DNA of 62,663 nt, filler included, from 9 parts of 9 records of this genome joined end to end with filler, not necessarily neighbours in it, one strand, 5' to 3'; counted from the whole stretch's first letter, positions 1 through 10,291 are shown. Notes: a model not told the origin generated them from the letters alone. Made by a program: numbers and translations.

Positions 1-433
1 CAACAACGCCAACCAGGCGCTGGACCGGATTATCCAGTTCTTCCCGCCGGAACAGCACAACCAGATCTGGATGGACCTGTCCCTGAACCTCAAGGCCATC
101 GTCGCTCAACAGTTGATCCCGACGCCGGACGGGCAGGGCCGCAAAGCCGTCATTGAAGTGTTGATCAACACACCGTTGGTCGCGGACCTGATTCGAAAAG
201 GCGAAGTGCACCGACTTAAGGAACTGATGTCCAAGTCCAACGAGAGCGGCATGCGCACCTTTGATCAGGCGCTTTATGAGCTCTATGCCGAAGGCTCCAT
301 CACTTATGAGGATGCCCTCGCGCACGCGGATTCAGCCAACGACCTGCGCCTGATGATCAAGCTGGGTGCCGATTCCCAGGGCGCTGACAAGCTGGCTTCC
401 AGTGTCGACAAGTTGTCGATCCAGGACGATTGA
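1..433 (+). CDS. pilU: PilT/PilU-family type IV pilus retraction ATPase, C-terminal part (5'-truncated)
   Basis: Frame is open from position 2: NNANQALDRIIQFFP...MDLSLNLKAIVAQQL...GMRTFDQALYELY...ADSANDLRLMIK, the typical PilU C-terminus. Confidence 0.9.
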   Translation, partial: NNANQALDRIIQFFPPEQHNQIWMDLSLNLKAIVAQQLIPTPDGQGRKAVIEVLINTPLVADLIRKGEVHRLKELMSKSNESGMRTFDQALYELYAEGSITYEDALAHADSANDLRLMIKLGADSQGADKLASSVDKLSIQDD

Positions 434-548
434 TCGAGGATTAGACTAAAGTAGTAAACGGTTAGGATTCTGAATCAGTAGTGATGGCATTTGAGGCCAT
501 TGGCCCGTGATGCGTATACTCCGCCCCGACGATCATCCAGGGGGATTT

Positions 549-1955
549 ATGCGCAAAAACAAAGTATTGCCCGGCTCTGTTATCCGAATCGCGACGGTAT
601 CGGCGTTGGTGGCACCCGCCGCAGCGCTGGCCGGCGGTTTTTCACTCAATGAGCAAAGTGCCAGTGCCATGGGCGTTGCTAACGCCGGCACCGCAGCCAA
701 TCCGGAAAATGCCACCACGGTTTTCTTCAATCCGGCCGGCATGAGCCAGCTTTCCGGCACCAATATGTCGTTTGGTGCCGCCGTTCTGGATATTGATGCC
801 GAGCTCAAGGAAGGCACCGGCAGTGCCGTTCGCGATGACGGCCGTCCCGTCGCCGGTGGAAACGGTGGTGATATCGCCGACCCGGCCGTCCTTCCCAATT
901 TTTACATGACCCACGAAATCAACGACTGGCTGGACGTGGGCTTCGGTCTGCACGCCCCCTATGGCCTTGCGGCGGATTACGAGGATGACTTCAAGGGGCG
1001 ATTTTTCGCGGACAAGACCGAGCTGACCGCCATTGCATTCAGCCCGTCCATTGCCGTTAACGACGGTAATGGATTCTCCATGGGTGCTGGCGTCAATGTG
1101 ATCTACGCCGAAGGCCGGCTGACCAAGTTCCAGGACTACAGTGGTACGGAAGCCCGCTTCGGGTTGCCCCCGGGGACCCTGGAAGACGGTTACGCGGATA
1201 TCGAAGGCAGTGACGTGGCGCTCACCTTTGCCTTTGGCTTGCTTTGGGAAATGTCGGAGCGAACACAGTTTGGTATATCCGCCCAGACCGGAACAGAACT
1301 GGAGCTGGATGGCGACGCGGAAGTTCGTAACTATCCGCAGGGTAGCCTTAGCGGTGGTGGCCTGACGTTCAGCCAGTCCACGGTCACTGAACGGGTGACT
1401 GTCCCGCTGGATATTCCCGAGAGCATTACCTTCGGTGCCCGTCACCAATTGACCGATACCGTAACACTGCTGGCAGGTGCGACCTGGGCCAAGTGGAGCC
1501 GGTTTGAGGCATTGGATGTGGTCAGCCGTGAGGACAATGGCCCAATTTCTTCTCAGGCAGGGCCCGGTCTTGGTGATGAGCGCCTGGTGACGCACGTTTC
1601 GGAAAACTGGAAAGACACCTGGCAGGCCAATGTCGGCGCCATCTGGCAGGCGACCCCGGAGTGGGCATTCAAGGCTGGCTATGCCTGGGATGAGTCGCCG
1701 GTGAACGACGATTTCCGTACGGCTCGAATCCCGTCAGGGGATCGCGATTGGGTCACGCTGGGCGCACAGTACGCCGACGCCCGTTCAGGCTGGACGGTAG
1801 ACGTGGCCGCCGGGGTGTTGCTGTTCGACGACGAAGAGGTGAACGAACAGAACTATGACGTCAACGACGAGCCCATGCCCGGGGCGGCTCGCTACCGTGG
1901 TACCTACGAGCTTGATGCCTGGAGTGCGGGGGTACAGGTCAGCAAGCAGTTTTAA
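549..1955 (+). CDS. fadL: FadL/TodX-family outer-membrane long-chain fatty acid/hydrocarbon transporter
   Basis: Signal peptide, then GGFSLNEQSASAMGVANAG and FFNPAGM hatch motifs, C-terminal Phe. ATG 549 follows a GGGGGA RBS-like sequence. Confidence 0.85.
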   Translation: MRKNKVLPGSVIRIATVSALVAPAAALAGGFSLNEQSASAMGVANAGTAANPENATTVFFNPAGMSQLSGTNMSFGAAVLDIDAELKEGTGSAVRDDGRPVAGGNGGDIADPAVLPNFYMTHEINDWLDVGFGLHAPYGLAADYEDDFKGRFFADKTELTAIAFSPSIAVNDGNGFSMGAGVNVIYAEGRLTKFQDYSGTEARFGLPPGTLEDGYADIEGSDVALTFAFGLLWEMSERTQFGISAQTGTELELDGDAEVRNYPQGSLSGGGLTFSQSTVTERVTVPLDIPESITFGARHQLTDTVTLLAGATWAKWSRFEALDVVSREDNGPISSQAGPGLGDERLVTHVSENWKDTWQANVGAIWQATPEWAFKAGYAWDESPVNDDFRTARIPSGDRDWVTLGAQYADARSGWTVDVAAGVLLFDDEEVNEQNYDVNDEPMPGAARYRGTYELDAWSAGVQVSKQF

Positions 1956-1963
1956 GTGATACC

Positions 1964-1988
1964 TTGAGGGGCGTACGGCGCCCCTCAA
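1964..1988. terminator. Hairpin between convergent genes
   Basis: TTGAGGGGCG-tacgg-CGCCCCTCAA, a perfect 10-bp stem just after the fadL stop. Confidence 0.6.
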
Positions 1989-2320
1989 CCAATAACCTGC
2001 CCACGATAGATAACCTTCTTCTTTCTCGTCCTTTCTGCTTCCGTTTCGGAAGCACTACTGTCGCCCCTAGACGTTTCCTCGGCAATTTCCTGTCCGCGAT
2101 ACATTCGCTTCGCATTGTCGGTCTCGTCGTGCAGGTCCAGGTGAGGGATCTGGGGTCTGAGTATTTCCCAGGTGTGGATGAGGTGGGCTGAGCGGGTTTT
2201 GCTGGCATAGTCCGCTAGATGCCGTTCCAGGTGTTCTTCCGTGAGGTGTAGCTTTACCCCGAACTCAGACTGAATTAAGCGGCGACACTGGTGAACCAGT
2301 TTCAGTAAGCCAGGGTTCAT
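1985..2320 (-). CDS. Hypothetical protein
   Basis: ORF MNPGLLKLVHQCRR... with a repeated (M/I)YRGQ motif near the C-terminus. The start could be 2353. Confidence 0.6.
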   Translation of the reverse strand: MNPGLLKLVHQCRRLIQSEFGVKLHLTEEHLERHLADYASKTRSAHLIHTWEILRPQIPHLDLHDETDNAKRMYRGQEIAEETSRGDSSASETEAERTRKKKVIYRGQVIG

Positions 2321-2520
2321 AAGCCAACTGCGCTCGGAAGCCAGAAAAGTCATGGTGAGTGCCTCGGGTAGAAAAGTGTCACAACATGGCCCCGGTATTC
2401 ACTCATGCGAATGCGGGGCCGACCCTCACAAGGCTTGCGAATTTCGTGCCGTTTTCGGCTGTCGAGCCCAGCGCCGTCGTTGCTGGGAGCATACTGGTGA
2501 GACTGCAAAAAGAATGGTGT

Positions 2521-2555
2521 GTTTTGGGGCGAAACCACCTTGTTCGCCCCAAAAC
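2521..2555 (-). terminator. Hairpin downstream of polA
   Basis: GTTTTGGGGCGAA...TTCGCCCCAAAAC, a 13-bp inverted repeat about 20 nt after the polA stop. Confidence 0.6.
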
Positions 2556-2574
2556 GGAACCTGGGCGAGAGGGT

Positions 2575-5310
2575 TCAGTGGGCTTCGTCCCAGTTATTAC
2601 CGACGCCGGCCTCCACCAGTAAGGGTACATCCAGCGATGCCGCAGCAGACATCCGCTTCTCAAGGCCTTCGCGAATCTTGTCCACGGCGGATTCACGCAC
2701 TTCCAGAATCAGTTCGTCGTGAACCTGCAGGATCATTCGGGCATCGTCCTGGTGATGTTCCTGTAGCCAGTCCTCAACGCTGACCATGGCCCGCTTGATA
2801 ATGTCCGCGGCAGTCCCCTGCATGGGGGCATTGATGGCCGTACGCTCGGCGGCCTGTTGCAGCTGCTTGTTGCGGGCGTTGATTTCCGGCAGGTACAGGC
2901 GACGGCCGTAGAGCGTTTCCACGTATCCGTCGTCGTGGGCCTGTTTGCGAATACTGTCCATGTATTTCAGCACGCCGGGATAGCGCTCGAAATAGCGGTC
3001 AATATACTCCTGTGCTTGGTTGCGGCCCACATCCAACTGGCGGCCAAGGCCAAAGGCGGACATGCCATAAATGAGTCCGAAGTTGATGGCCTTGGCGCTG
3101 CGGCGCTGGTCGCCGGAGACGTCGTCGACGGCCACGCCAAAGACTTCGGCAGCCGTCGCCCGGTGAATGTCCTCGCCCTTTTCGAACGCCTTGAGCAGTC
3201 CCTTGTCGCCCGACAGGTGCGCCATGATGCGCAGCTCAATCTGGGAGTAGTCCGCCGCCATCAGCTTGTAGCCCTCCGGGGCCACGAAAGCCTGGCGAAT
3301 GCGCCGGCCCTGTTCGCTGCGGATGGGAATGTTCTGCAGGTTCGGCTCCGAGGACGACAGCCGGCCGGTGGCCGTTACCGCCTGGTGATAGGAGGTGTGA
3401 ATCCGGCCAGTGCGATGGTGAATCAATTCCGGCAAGGTGTCGGTGTAGGTGGATTTCAGCTTGCTCAGGCTGCGGTGCTCAAGGATCAATCGGGGCAGGG
3501 TATGCTCGTGGGCCAGTTCCTGCAGTACCGGTTCCGCCGTGGAGGGCGCGCCTTTCGGGGTTTTCTTTACCACCGGCAGCCCCATCTTGTCGTAGAAAAT
3601 GGCCTGTAGTTGCTTGGGAGAGCCCAGATTGAAGCTTTCGCCGGCTTCCTCGTGGGCTTCCTTCTCAAGCTCCGCCATACGCTCTGCCAATTCCTGGCTG
3701 TGCTTGCGCAGCGTGCTGGCGCTGATCATCGCACCTCGTTGCTCCATACGGGACAGTACGGGCACCAGTGGCAGGTCGATGTTTTCATAGACGTCCCGCA
3801 GCCGGCCGGTTTTCTCCAGTTGCGGTCGCAGCGCCTGGTGCAGTCGAAGGGTGATATCGGCGTCTTCTGCCGCGTAGGGGCCAGCCTGCTCCAGATCAAT
3901 CTGGTTGAAGGTCAGTTGCTTGGCACCTTTGCCGGCGATGGATTCAAAAGTGATGGTCTGCTCGCCCAGGTATTGCCTGGCCAGCGAGTCCATGTCGTGA
4001 CGAGACCCTACGGAATTGAGTACGTAGGACTCCAGCATGGTGTCTTCCGCAATGCCTTCCAGGTGGATGCCGTGGTTGGCCAGCACGTTCTTGTCGTATT
4101 TGAGGTTCTGGCCGAGCTTGGCTTTCTTCGGGTCTTCCAGCAAAGGTTTCAACTGGTCCAGCACTGTTTCCCGGTCCAGTTGTTCCGGGGCGCCCATATA
4201 ATCGTGGCCAAATGGCACGTAGGCAGCCTCGCCGGGCTCAATGGCAAAGGACACACCAACGACATCGGCGTCCATATAACGCAGGCTGGTGGTCTCGGTA
4301 TCAAAGGCGAACAGCGGTGCCTTGTTGAGGCGATCAATCCAGGTATCCAGCTCTGCCTGATCGGTCACTATTGTGTATGTTTTCTCTTTGCTGGCCGGAT
4401 TGGTGCTGTTGTCGACGGCATCGTCCGCGCTTTTTTCATCGGCTGAGTCGCTGTTTTCGAGCTCGGCAATCCAGGATCGAAGCTCATATTCCCGGAACAG
4501 TTCCAGCAACTGACCGTCGTCCTGGGTCCTCAGCTTGAGGTCTTCCAGCCCGAACTCAAGATCCACGTCGGTTTTGATGGTGGCCAGTTGGCGACTGAGC
4601 GGCAGGGTTTCGGTGGCTTCCCGAAGGTATTCGCCAATTTTGCCTTTGACCTCATCCGAGTGCTCGATGATGTTATCCAGGTTGTCCCACGCCTGTAGCC
4701 ATTTAACGGCGGTTTTCGGGCCGCACTTGTTGACTCCGGGAATGTTGTCCACCTTGTCGCCCACCAGCGCCAGGTAGTCCACGATCTGCTCCGGGCCAAT
4801 GCCGAATTTCTCGACCACGCCGTCGCGGTCCATGCGGGTATCCGTCATGGTGTTGATCAGGGTGACGTGATCGCTCACCAGCTGCGCCATGTCCTTGTCG
4901 CCGGTCGACACCACCACATCAATGCCCTTGCTGGTGGCTTCATGGGCCAGGGTGCCGATGACATCGTCGGCTTCCACGCCACTGACGATCAACAAGGGCA
5001 GGCCCATGGCCCGAACCATGTCGTGGATTGGCTGGATCTGCATGGCCAGGTCATCCGGCATAGGCGGGCGGGTGGCCTTGTAGTCTTCGTACAGGTCGTT
5101 GCGAAAGGTCTTACCCTTGGCGTCGAACACCACCACCATTTTTGAGCCTGGAAAATCCTGTTCCAGCTTCCGGATCATGCTGATAACGCCCTTTATGGCG
5201 CCCGTGGGGTGGCTCTTGCTGGTCATCAGTGGCGGCAGGGCATGATAGGCGCGGAAGAGGTAGGAGGAGCCATCTACAAGGACTACCGGCGGAGTCTGCT
5301 GCTGTGTCAT
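2575..5310 (-). CDS. polA: DNA polymerase I
   Basis: LVDGSSYLFRAYHA 5'-3' exonuclease, FDTETT 3'-5' exonuclease, DYSQIELR motif A, KAINFGLIYG motif B, QVHDEL motif C. Confidence 0.99.
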   Translation of the reverse strand: MTQQQTPPVVLVDGSSYLFRAYHALPPLMTSKSHPTGAIKGVISMIRKLEQDFPGSKMVVVFDAKGKTFRNDLYEDYKATRPPMPDDLAMQIQPIHDMVRAMGLPLLIVSGVEADDVIGTLAHEATSKGIDVVVSTGDKDMAQLVSDHVTLINTMTDTRMDRDGVVEKFGIGPEQIVDYLALVGDKVDNIPGVNKCGPKTAVKWLQAWDNLDNIIEHSDEVKGKIGEYLREATETLPLSRQLATIKTDVDLEFGLEDLKLRTQDDGQLLELFREYELRSWIAELENSDSADEKSADDAVDNSTNPASKEKTYTIVTDQAELDTWIDRLNKAPLFAFDTETTSLRYMDADVVGVSFAIEPGEAAYVPFGHDYMGAPEQLDRETVLDQLKPLLEDPKKAKLGQNLKYDKNVLANHGIHLEGIAEDTMLESYVLNSVGSRHDMDSLARQYLGEQTITFESIAGKGAKQLTFNQIDLEQAGPYAAEDADITLRLHQALRPQLEKTGRLRDVYENIDLPLVPVLSRMEQRGAMISASTLRKHSQELAERMAELEKEAHEEAGESFNLGSPKQLQAIFYDKMGLPVVKKTPKGAPSTAEPVLQELAHEHTLPRLILEHRSLSKLKSTYTDTLPELIHHRTGRIHTSYHQAVTATGRLSSSEPNLQNIPIRSEQGRRIRQAFVAPEGYKLMAADYSQIELRIMAHLSGDKGLLKAFEKGEDIHRATAAEVFGVAVDDVSGDQRRSAKAINFGLIYGMSAFGLGRQLDVGRNQAQEYIDRYFERYPGVLKYMDSIRKQAHDDGYVETLYGRRLYLPEINARNKQLQQAAERTAINAPMQGTAADIIKRAMVSVEDWLQEHHQDDARMILQVHDELILEVRESAVDKIREGLEKRMSAAASLDVPLLVEAGVGNNWDEAH

Positions 5311-5433
5311 ATCAAAACGGATCCGGATTCTGATTGAAGCGTTGATAGGCTTGTGCAACTCTGACATAAACGGGGTGCATTTCCCGTGTGTCAGCGTGAT
5401 TATGCACGTCTCTAAACAGAACCGAAGAGTACC

Positions 5434-5766
5434 ATGAAAATGAAACGTATCGCTTGCTCGGGTCTTGTGTTGGGTGTGCTCTGCGGGCCTTCAATGGCCC
5501 AGGAGGATGTCGATGTTGTACAGACACCCAGGGAGCCCCTGGTGGTGTCTGATTATCAGCCATCCGCTGACGGGGCGCAGATCGTGATTCGCCCGGGTGA
5601 GAACGAGGTGTTCTACGAATACCGGGTGAATGGTCAATTGGTGGAGATCAAAGTAGTGCCGGAAGTCGGTCCCGAATACTACCTGGTACCAGCAGATGGT
5701 GGTGGCTGGATTCGTGAGAGCGAGACCGACATGCTGGTGCCCAGTTGGGTCATCTTCAGGTGGTAA
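5434..5766 (+). CDS. DUF2782-like exported protein
   Basis: Signal peptide, EYRVNGQLVEIKVVP..GPEYYL and VPSWVIFRW, divergent from polA. Confidence 0.75.
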   Translation: MKMKRIACSGLVLGVLCGPSMAQEDVDVVQTPREPLVVSDYQPSADGAQIVIRPGENEVFYEYRVNGQLVEIKVVPEVGPEYYLVPADGGGWIRESETDMLVPSWVIFRW

Positions 5767-5782
5767 ATTTCTCGGATGCTAC

Positions 5783-6307
5783 TCAGATCAGGTCGACGGT
5801 AACTGCGTCGGAGCGCTTGCTTTCCAGCCCGCTGTCGTCGAGGGCGGTAATGCTGAATTCATAGGCACCCGGCGGAAAATCTTCAAGCTGGTAGCGAGTG
5901 TCTTCGTCACCGGAAAGTGATATGACCTCGAAACTGTCTCTGTGCCGCAGGCGATAATAAATGCGATAGCCGCTGATGTCGCTGGCATAGAGGCGTGAGC
6001 CGTCTTCCCGGGTGAGCGGAGCGTCCCAGCGTAGTGTGGGAGGGGTGATCGACTCCTCGTCGGCCGGAACTCCAGTGTTGGATGTCTCTTCCTGTACCGG
6101 TTCAGGCTGCCCGAGGGTGTCCCGAATGGACGAAACGGCATCTCCCAGCCTTTGTTCAGATGCTTCGTTGGCTTGGCTTGAAGCGGCCCTTGATGCCCCG
6201 GAGTCTTCCTGGCATCCGGCCATGATGGCCAGCGCCATTCCGGCAACGACCATTTTCCAAAGCTGCCGATGGCCCGCAGCGTTCTGGCTGAGTCTTATAC
6301 CTGGCAT
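5783..6307 (-). CDS. Lipoprotein with a fibronectin type III-like domain
   Basis: Lipobox-like MAGC. LRWDAP..REDGS...ISGYRIYY...GAYEFSITALDDSGLES fits an FN3 pattern. Confidence 0.7.
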   Translation of the reverse strand: MPGIRLSQNAAGHRQLWKMVVAGMALAIMAGCQEDSGASRAASSQANEASEQRLGDAVSSIRDTLGQPEPVQEETSNTGVPADEESITPPTLRWDAPLTREDGSRLYASDISGYRIYYRLRHRDSFEVISLSGDEDTRYQLEDFPPGAYEFSITALDDSGLESKRSDAVTVDLI

Positions 6308-6645
6308 GGTGTTTCTCGCAATCCGTTTGTCAGCGCGTTATTGGTGCTGTTGTTACTGTAATGGGATACGTCAGAAGCGAGGCCTGAATAAAACGGGGAG
6401 ACGGGCTTTCTCATTTCAAGGCGCAGAGCATGCCGAATCTTTAAAAAATCATCAAGTGAACTATCCGTAAATTCCGAGACGATCCTGTTCCCCCGTTGAC
6501 AGATGGCGAATAGGGGGTGGTTTTAGTATGAACATTCTAATTTTTGACCGTAACCTTCGACATGTGATCAGAAGTCGGCATCGGTTTGCCGGCTATAACG
6601 ATGCAGATTTTCAAACCACGCATCCACAATCTTAGGAGATTCATC

Positions 6646-7068
6646 ATGGGTAAACTCAGGACCTATCAGGAACAGCTTCAGGACATCGTAGAGAAGGGCA
6701 TCAACGCAGCTGAAGAGCAGCAGAAGAAGCTGGCTTCCAAGCCGTTCGAGTACGCTGAAAAGCTGGAAACCGAAGCCCGCGAGTACAGCGTAAAGACCCT
6801 GCGCACTCGTTACTATGGCTACAGTGAAAACCTGTTCGAGCAACTGCGCAGCCTGAACACCCGTTTCGGCAGCTTTGCGGCTGACCTGGTTGCCAAGCTG
6901 GAAAAAGAAGCGGCTGAAGGTGCAGATACCGTTGCCGACGCAGCGGACGAAGTGACCAGCGTCGCCCAGTCAACCAAGGCTACTGCGCAGGCCAAGAAGC
7001 CGGCTGCACGAAAAACCACAGCTCGCAAAAGCACCAGCACTGCCAAGAAGAGCCCCGCTACTGCCTGA
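6646..7068 (+). CDS. Helical protein with a Lys/Ala/Thr-rich tail (phasin or histone-H1-like)
   Basis: AGGAG RBS before ATG 6646, amphipathic helix, tail AKKPAARKTTARKSTSTAKK. Confidence 0.65.
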   Translation: MGKLRTYQEQLQDIVEKGINAAEEQQKKLASKPFEYAEKLETEAREYSVKTLRTRYYGYSENLFEQLRSLNTRFGSFAADLVAKLEKEAAEGADTVADAADEVTSVAQSTKATAQAKKPAARKTTARKSTSTAKKSPATA

Positions 7069-7094
7069 ACGGCAACCGGAGTTCTTTGAAGCAT

Positions 7095-7125
7095 AAAAAA
7101 AGGTCACCGTGAGGTGACCTTTTTT
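7095..7125. terminator. Bidirectional intrinsic terminator
   Basis: AAAAAAA-GGTCACC-gtga-GGTGACC-TTTTTT between convergent genes. Confidence 0.9.
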
Positions 7126-7154
7126 GTGCCTGATTGTTCGAGTCGTGTGGTTTA

Positions 7155-7802
7155 TTATTCTTCCAGGTCGTCCGGGTCCAGCGGAAGCGTTCTTTCCTCG
7201 CCTGTAATCTCTTCCAGCCGTTCGATATCGGCTTCGAAACGTTCCCGCAGGGCTTTTATATTGGCGTTCTGCGAGTTGATTTCCCGTTCGATGTCACGAA
7301 TCTGGGCTTCCAGTCGCCGTATTCTTTCCAGTGTCGCTTCGGGGATGTCGCGACCGGATCGCTCCAGGTCTGCAGCCCGGCTCTGTTCGCTGTCCAGTTG
7401 GCTGACGATCACCGAAATGTTGCCTCGCTTGAGCTGATTCAGCCCCTGCAGCTCACGTATCTTGCGGTGCATGGCGCGCACGGCTTCGTCTGGGTGGCTG
7501 TAGCGCTCCAGAAGCTTGCGATCGAGCTCCCGCTGTCGTTCCGCTTCGGCCTGGCGTTTTTCCTCGGCTTCCCTGGCGGCAATTTCCTCTTCGGTGGGTT
7601 CCGGATCGATCGTTTCAATTACCCGACCGTTCTTGCTGAGAATGTCGTAGCCCCGTCTGGATGCTTCCTGGGGGATGGTACTGCTGATGACAATCTGACC
7701 GTTTTCATCGGTATAACGATACATCCTTGCCTCTACGATAGAGGCAGACATCAGCGCAGCCGCAGCAGATACAGCGATTGAAAACCTGGTCAGACGATTC
7801 AT
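7155..7802 (-). CDS. DUF4124-like exported coiled-coil protein
   Basis: Signal peptide, MYRYTDENGQIVIS motif, long coiled coil. Confidence 0.7.
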   Translation of the reverse strand: MNRLTRFSIAVSAAAALMSASIVEARMYRYTDENGQIVISSTIPQEASRRGYDILSKNGRVIETIDPEPTEEEIAAREAEEKRQAEAERQRELDRKLLERYSHPDEAVRAMHRKIRELQGLNQLKRGNISVIVSQLDSEQSRAADLERSGRDIPEATLERIRRLEAQIRDIEREINSQNANIKALRERFEADIERLEEITGEERTLPLDPDDLEE

Positions 7803-7881
7803 GGTGAGAGACTGGCGCTCCGCTTGAAACAATGTATGTCAGGAAGCATACCAAAAGCTGAACGATAAACCATGCCCGTAT

Positions 7882-8520
7882 TCAGACTCCGTACTCGTCC
7901 CGATATGCGGCGACTTTGTCAGCATGTTCTGAAAAGCCGGGCCTGCTTTGCAGGTAGGCAAGCACCTGCTCAAGCTTGATAATGCTGACCACAGGGATGC
8001 CGAACTCCTCTTTGACTTCCTGGATGGCGGAGAGTTCGCCAGCGCCTCGCTCCTGGCGATCCAGGGCAATGAGTACGCCTGCAGGCTCCGCCCCTGAGGT
8101 GCGGATCAGCTCCATGGATTCCCGGATAGCCGTGCCAGCGGTAATAACGTCATCAACAATCAGAACCTTGCCTTCCAGGGGGGCGCCCACGATATTGCCA
8201 CCCTCGCCGTGATCCTTCTTTTCTTTTCGGTTGAAGGCGAATGGTTTGTTGTTACCCTCGGCGGCCAGGGCCATGGCGGTGACCGTCGCCAACGGTATGC
8301 CCTTATAGGCAGGCCCGAAAATAATGTCATAATCCAGCCCACTACGCTGGAGTGCTGCGGCATAGGCCTTGCTTAACTCAAGCAGATCCTCCCCGGTATT
8401 GAACAACCCCGCATTGAAGAAATAGGGGCTGGTGCGGCCGGATTTAAGCGTAAATTCTCCGAAACGGAGTACGTTACGGCGGATGGCGAACTCAATGAAC
8501 TGTTGCTGATAGTCGTGCAT
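7882..8520 (-). CDS. pyrE: Orotate phosphoribosyltransferase
   Basis: [42 protein letters not shown]. Confidence 0.99.
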   Translation of the reverse strand: MHDYQQQFIEFAIRRNVLRFGEFTLKSGRTSPYFFNAGLFNTGEDLLELSKAYAAALQRSGLDYDIIFGPAYKGIPLATVTAMALAAEGNNKPFAFNRKEKKDHGEGGNIVGAPLEGKVLIVDDVITAGTAIRESMELIRTSGAEPAGVLIALDRQERGAGELSAIQEVKEEFGIPVVSIIKLEQVLAYLQSRPGFSEHADKVAAYRDEYGV

Positions 8521-8601
8521 GACAGGGCTTCTGGCGGGTTTGGATCTTTAATTAACGCGTAAAACCGGTATCATACACACAAACCGAATCAGGGAACACG
8601 T

Positions 8602-9408
8602 ATGCGGGTAGTTACAATCAGCGTCAACGGTCTGGCCCAGGCTGTTGAAAAAGGTTTCTTTGAATGGCTAGCCAGGCAGGACGCTGACGTGGTTTGCGTT
8701 CAGGACCACCGCATGCGGGCCTACGAGGTCGAGGATTTTAACCTGATCCCGGACGGCTATGAGGCCTACTTTATTGATGGCGAGCGTAACGAGGATGGGG
8801 GCGTTGGTATCTATACCCGCCATTTCCCGAAGGCCATTATGTACGGTTTCGCCAATGAGCAGGCAGATCGCGAAGGCCGTTTCATACAGGCGGACTTTGA
8901 CAAGGTATCTGTCGCCTGCGTTCTCTCTCCCTGTGCACTTGGCCGCGAAGAAGAATTGATTGGCGAGGACGACCTGACGGTTCTGGATCACAAGGACGAC
9001 TTCATGGAAGCCTTTGGCCTCCATATGCAGAAAACCCTGCGCAAGCGCCGTCAGTTTATTTTCTGCGCCAACCTGCAAACCGCCCATCACGTAACTGACG
9101 CCAGCCCGCTGTACCACAAACTGGATTTTTCCGGCTTCCTGCCCCATGAGCGGGCATGGCTGGACCGTTTGTTTGATGAAATGGGCTGTGTTGATGCATT
9201 CCGCGATATCAACAAGCAGAGTAACCAGTACACCTGGTGGCCAGAGCAGGCTGAAGGGTCCCGCAAGAGCGCTGGTATTCGGGTGGATTATCAGCTTCTG
9301 ACGCCGGGTATCCGCAAGACCATTCAGGATGGCTGGATTGACGACAGTACCCGTTTCTCCGATCACGCGCCGGTGATCATGGATTACGACATCGGAATCG
9401 GTTTCTGA
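8602..9408 (+). CDS. crc: Catabolite repression control protein Crc (ExoIII/AP-endonuclease fold)
   Basis: EEP-fold motifs YTWW, RVDY and SDHAP, in the pyrE-crc-rph position known from Pseudomonas. The catalytic GDxN is replaced by ANLQ. Confidence 0.8.
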   Translation: MRVVTISVNGLAQAVEKGFFEWLARQDADVVCVQDHRMRAYEVEDFNLIPDGYEAYFIDGERNEDGGVGIYTRHFPKAIMYGFANEQADREGRFIQADFDKVSVACVLSPCALGREEELIGEDDLTVLDHKDDFMEAFGLHMQKTLRKRRQFIFCANLQTAHHVTDASPLYHKLDFSGFLPHERAWLDRLFDEMGCVDAFRDINKQSNQYTWWPEQAEGSRKSAGIRVDYQLLTPGIRKTIQDGWIDDSTRFSDHAPVIMDYDIGIGF

Positions 9409-9453
9409 TCCGAGCTAGTCCAGAGTAGAGGGATATCGGAAAGTAAGCGGGTT

Positions 9454-9553
9454 CGGAGAGGATCTCTTTTCCGGAACGTCTCCGGCCAGGGAAGGCCGGA
9501 GTCGAGCGCACAGGGATGTGCTTGTAGCGTGTCCGGAAAAGAGATCCTCTCCG
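9454..9553. repeat. REP/MITE-like cloverleaf element with 22-bp perfect terminal inverted repeats
   Basis: CGGAGAGGATCTCTTTTCCGGA (9454-9475) pairs with TCCGGAAAAGAGATCCTCTCCG (9532-9553) and encloses two inner hairpins. Confidence 0.85.
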
Positions 9554-9574
9554 GACACGCGAAAAGGCTGCACC

Positions 9575-10291
9575 TTAGTCGGCCAGCGCCGCCTTCTGCG
9601 CCTCAAACAACTGGCCAATACCCAGTTTCGCCAGCTTCAACATGCCGTCCAGTTCTTCCTGTTCAAACGGCGCACCCTCGGCAGTTCCCTGAATTTCAAT
9701 GAAACCACCTTGATCCGTCATGATCACATTCATGTCGGTTTCGGCTTCGGAATCCTCCGGGTAATCCAGGTCCAATACCGGTGTGCCTTTGTAAACGCCC
9801 ACAGAAAACGCTGCAATCATCTGCTTCAGCGGCGATTTTTTCAGCCGGCCTTCTTTCACCAGATGGTTCAGCGCATCCACAAGCGCCACGCAGCCACCGG
9901 TAATTGCAGCGGTGCGGGTGCCACCGTCGGCCTGGATGACGTCACAGTCGATGGTGATGGAATGCTCGCCAAGAGCGCTCAGATCAACCGCTGCACGCAA
10001 TGAACGGCCGATCAGTCGCTGGATTTCCACGGTGCGGCCGCCCTGCTTGCCGCGAGCAGCTTCCCGCCCCATACGGCTGCCGGTAGAGCGGGGCAGCATG
10101 CCATACTCGGCGGTTATCCAGCCTTTGCCTTCGCCCCGCAGAAAAGGGGGGACCTTGTTTTCAACAGAGGCGGTGCAGATCACCTTGGTGTCGCCAAATT
10201 CCACCAGCACGGAACCCTCGGCGTGGCGGGTGTAGTGACGGGTGATGCGAATGTCTCTGGATTGTTCCGGCGTTCTTCCGCTCGGTCTCAT
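9575..10291 (-). CDS. rph: Ribonuclease PH
   Basis: [33 protein letters not shown]. The real start is 10291, not 10765. Confidence 0.99.
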   Translation of the reverse strand: MRPSGRTPEQSRDIRITRHYTRHAEGSVLVEFGDTKVICTASVENKVPPFLRGEGKGWITAEYGMLPRSTGSRMGREAARGKQGGRTVEIQRLIGRSLRAAVDLSALGEHSITIDCDVIQADGGTRTAAITGGCVALVDALNHLVKEGRLKKSPLKQMIAAFSVGVYKGTPVLDLDYPEDSEAETDMNVIMTDQGGFIEIQGTAEGAPFEQEELDGMLKLAKLGIGQLFEAQKAALAD

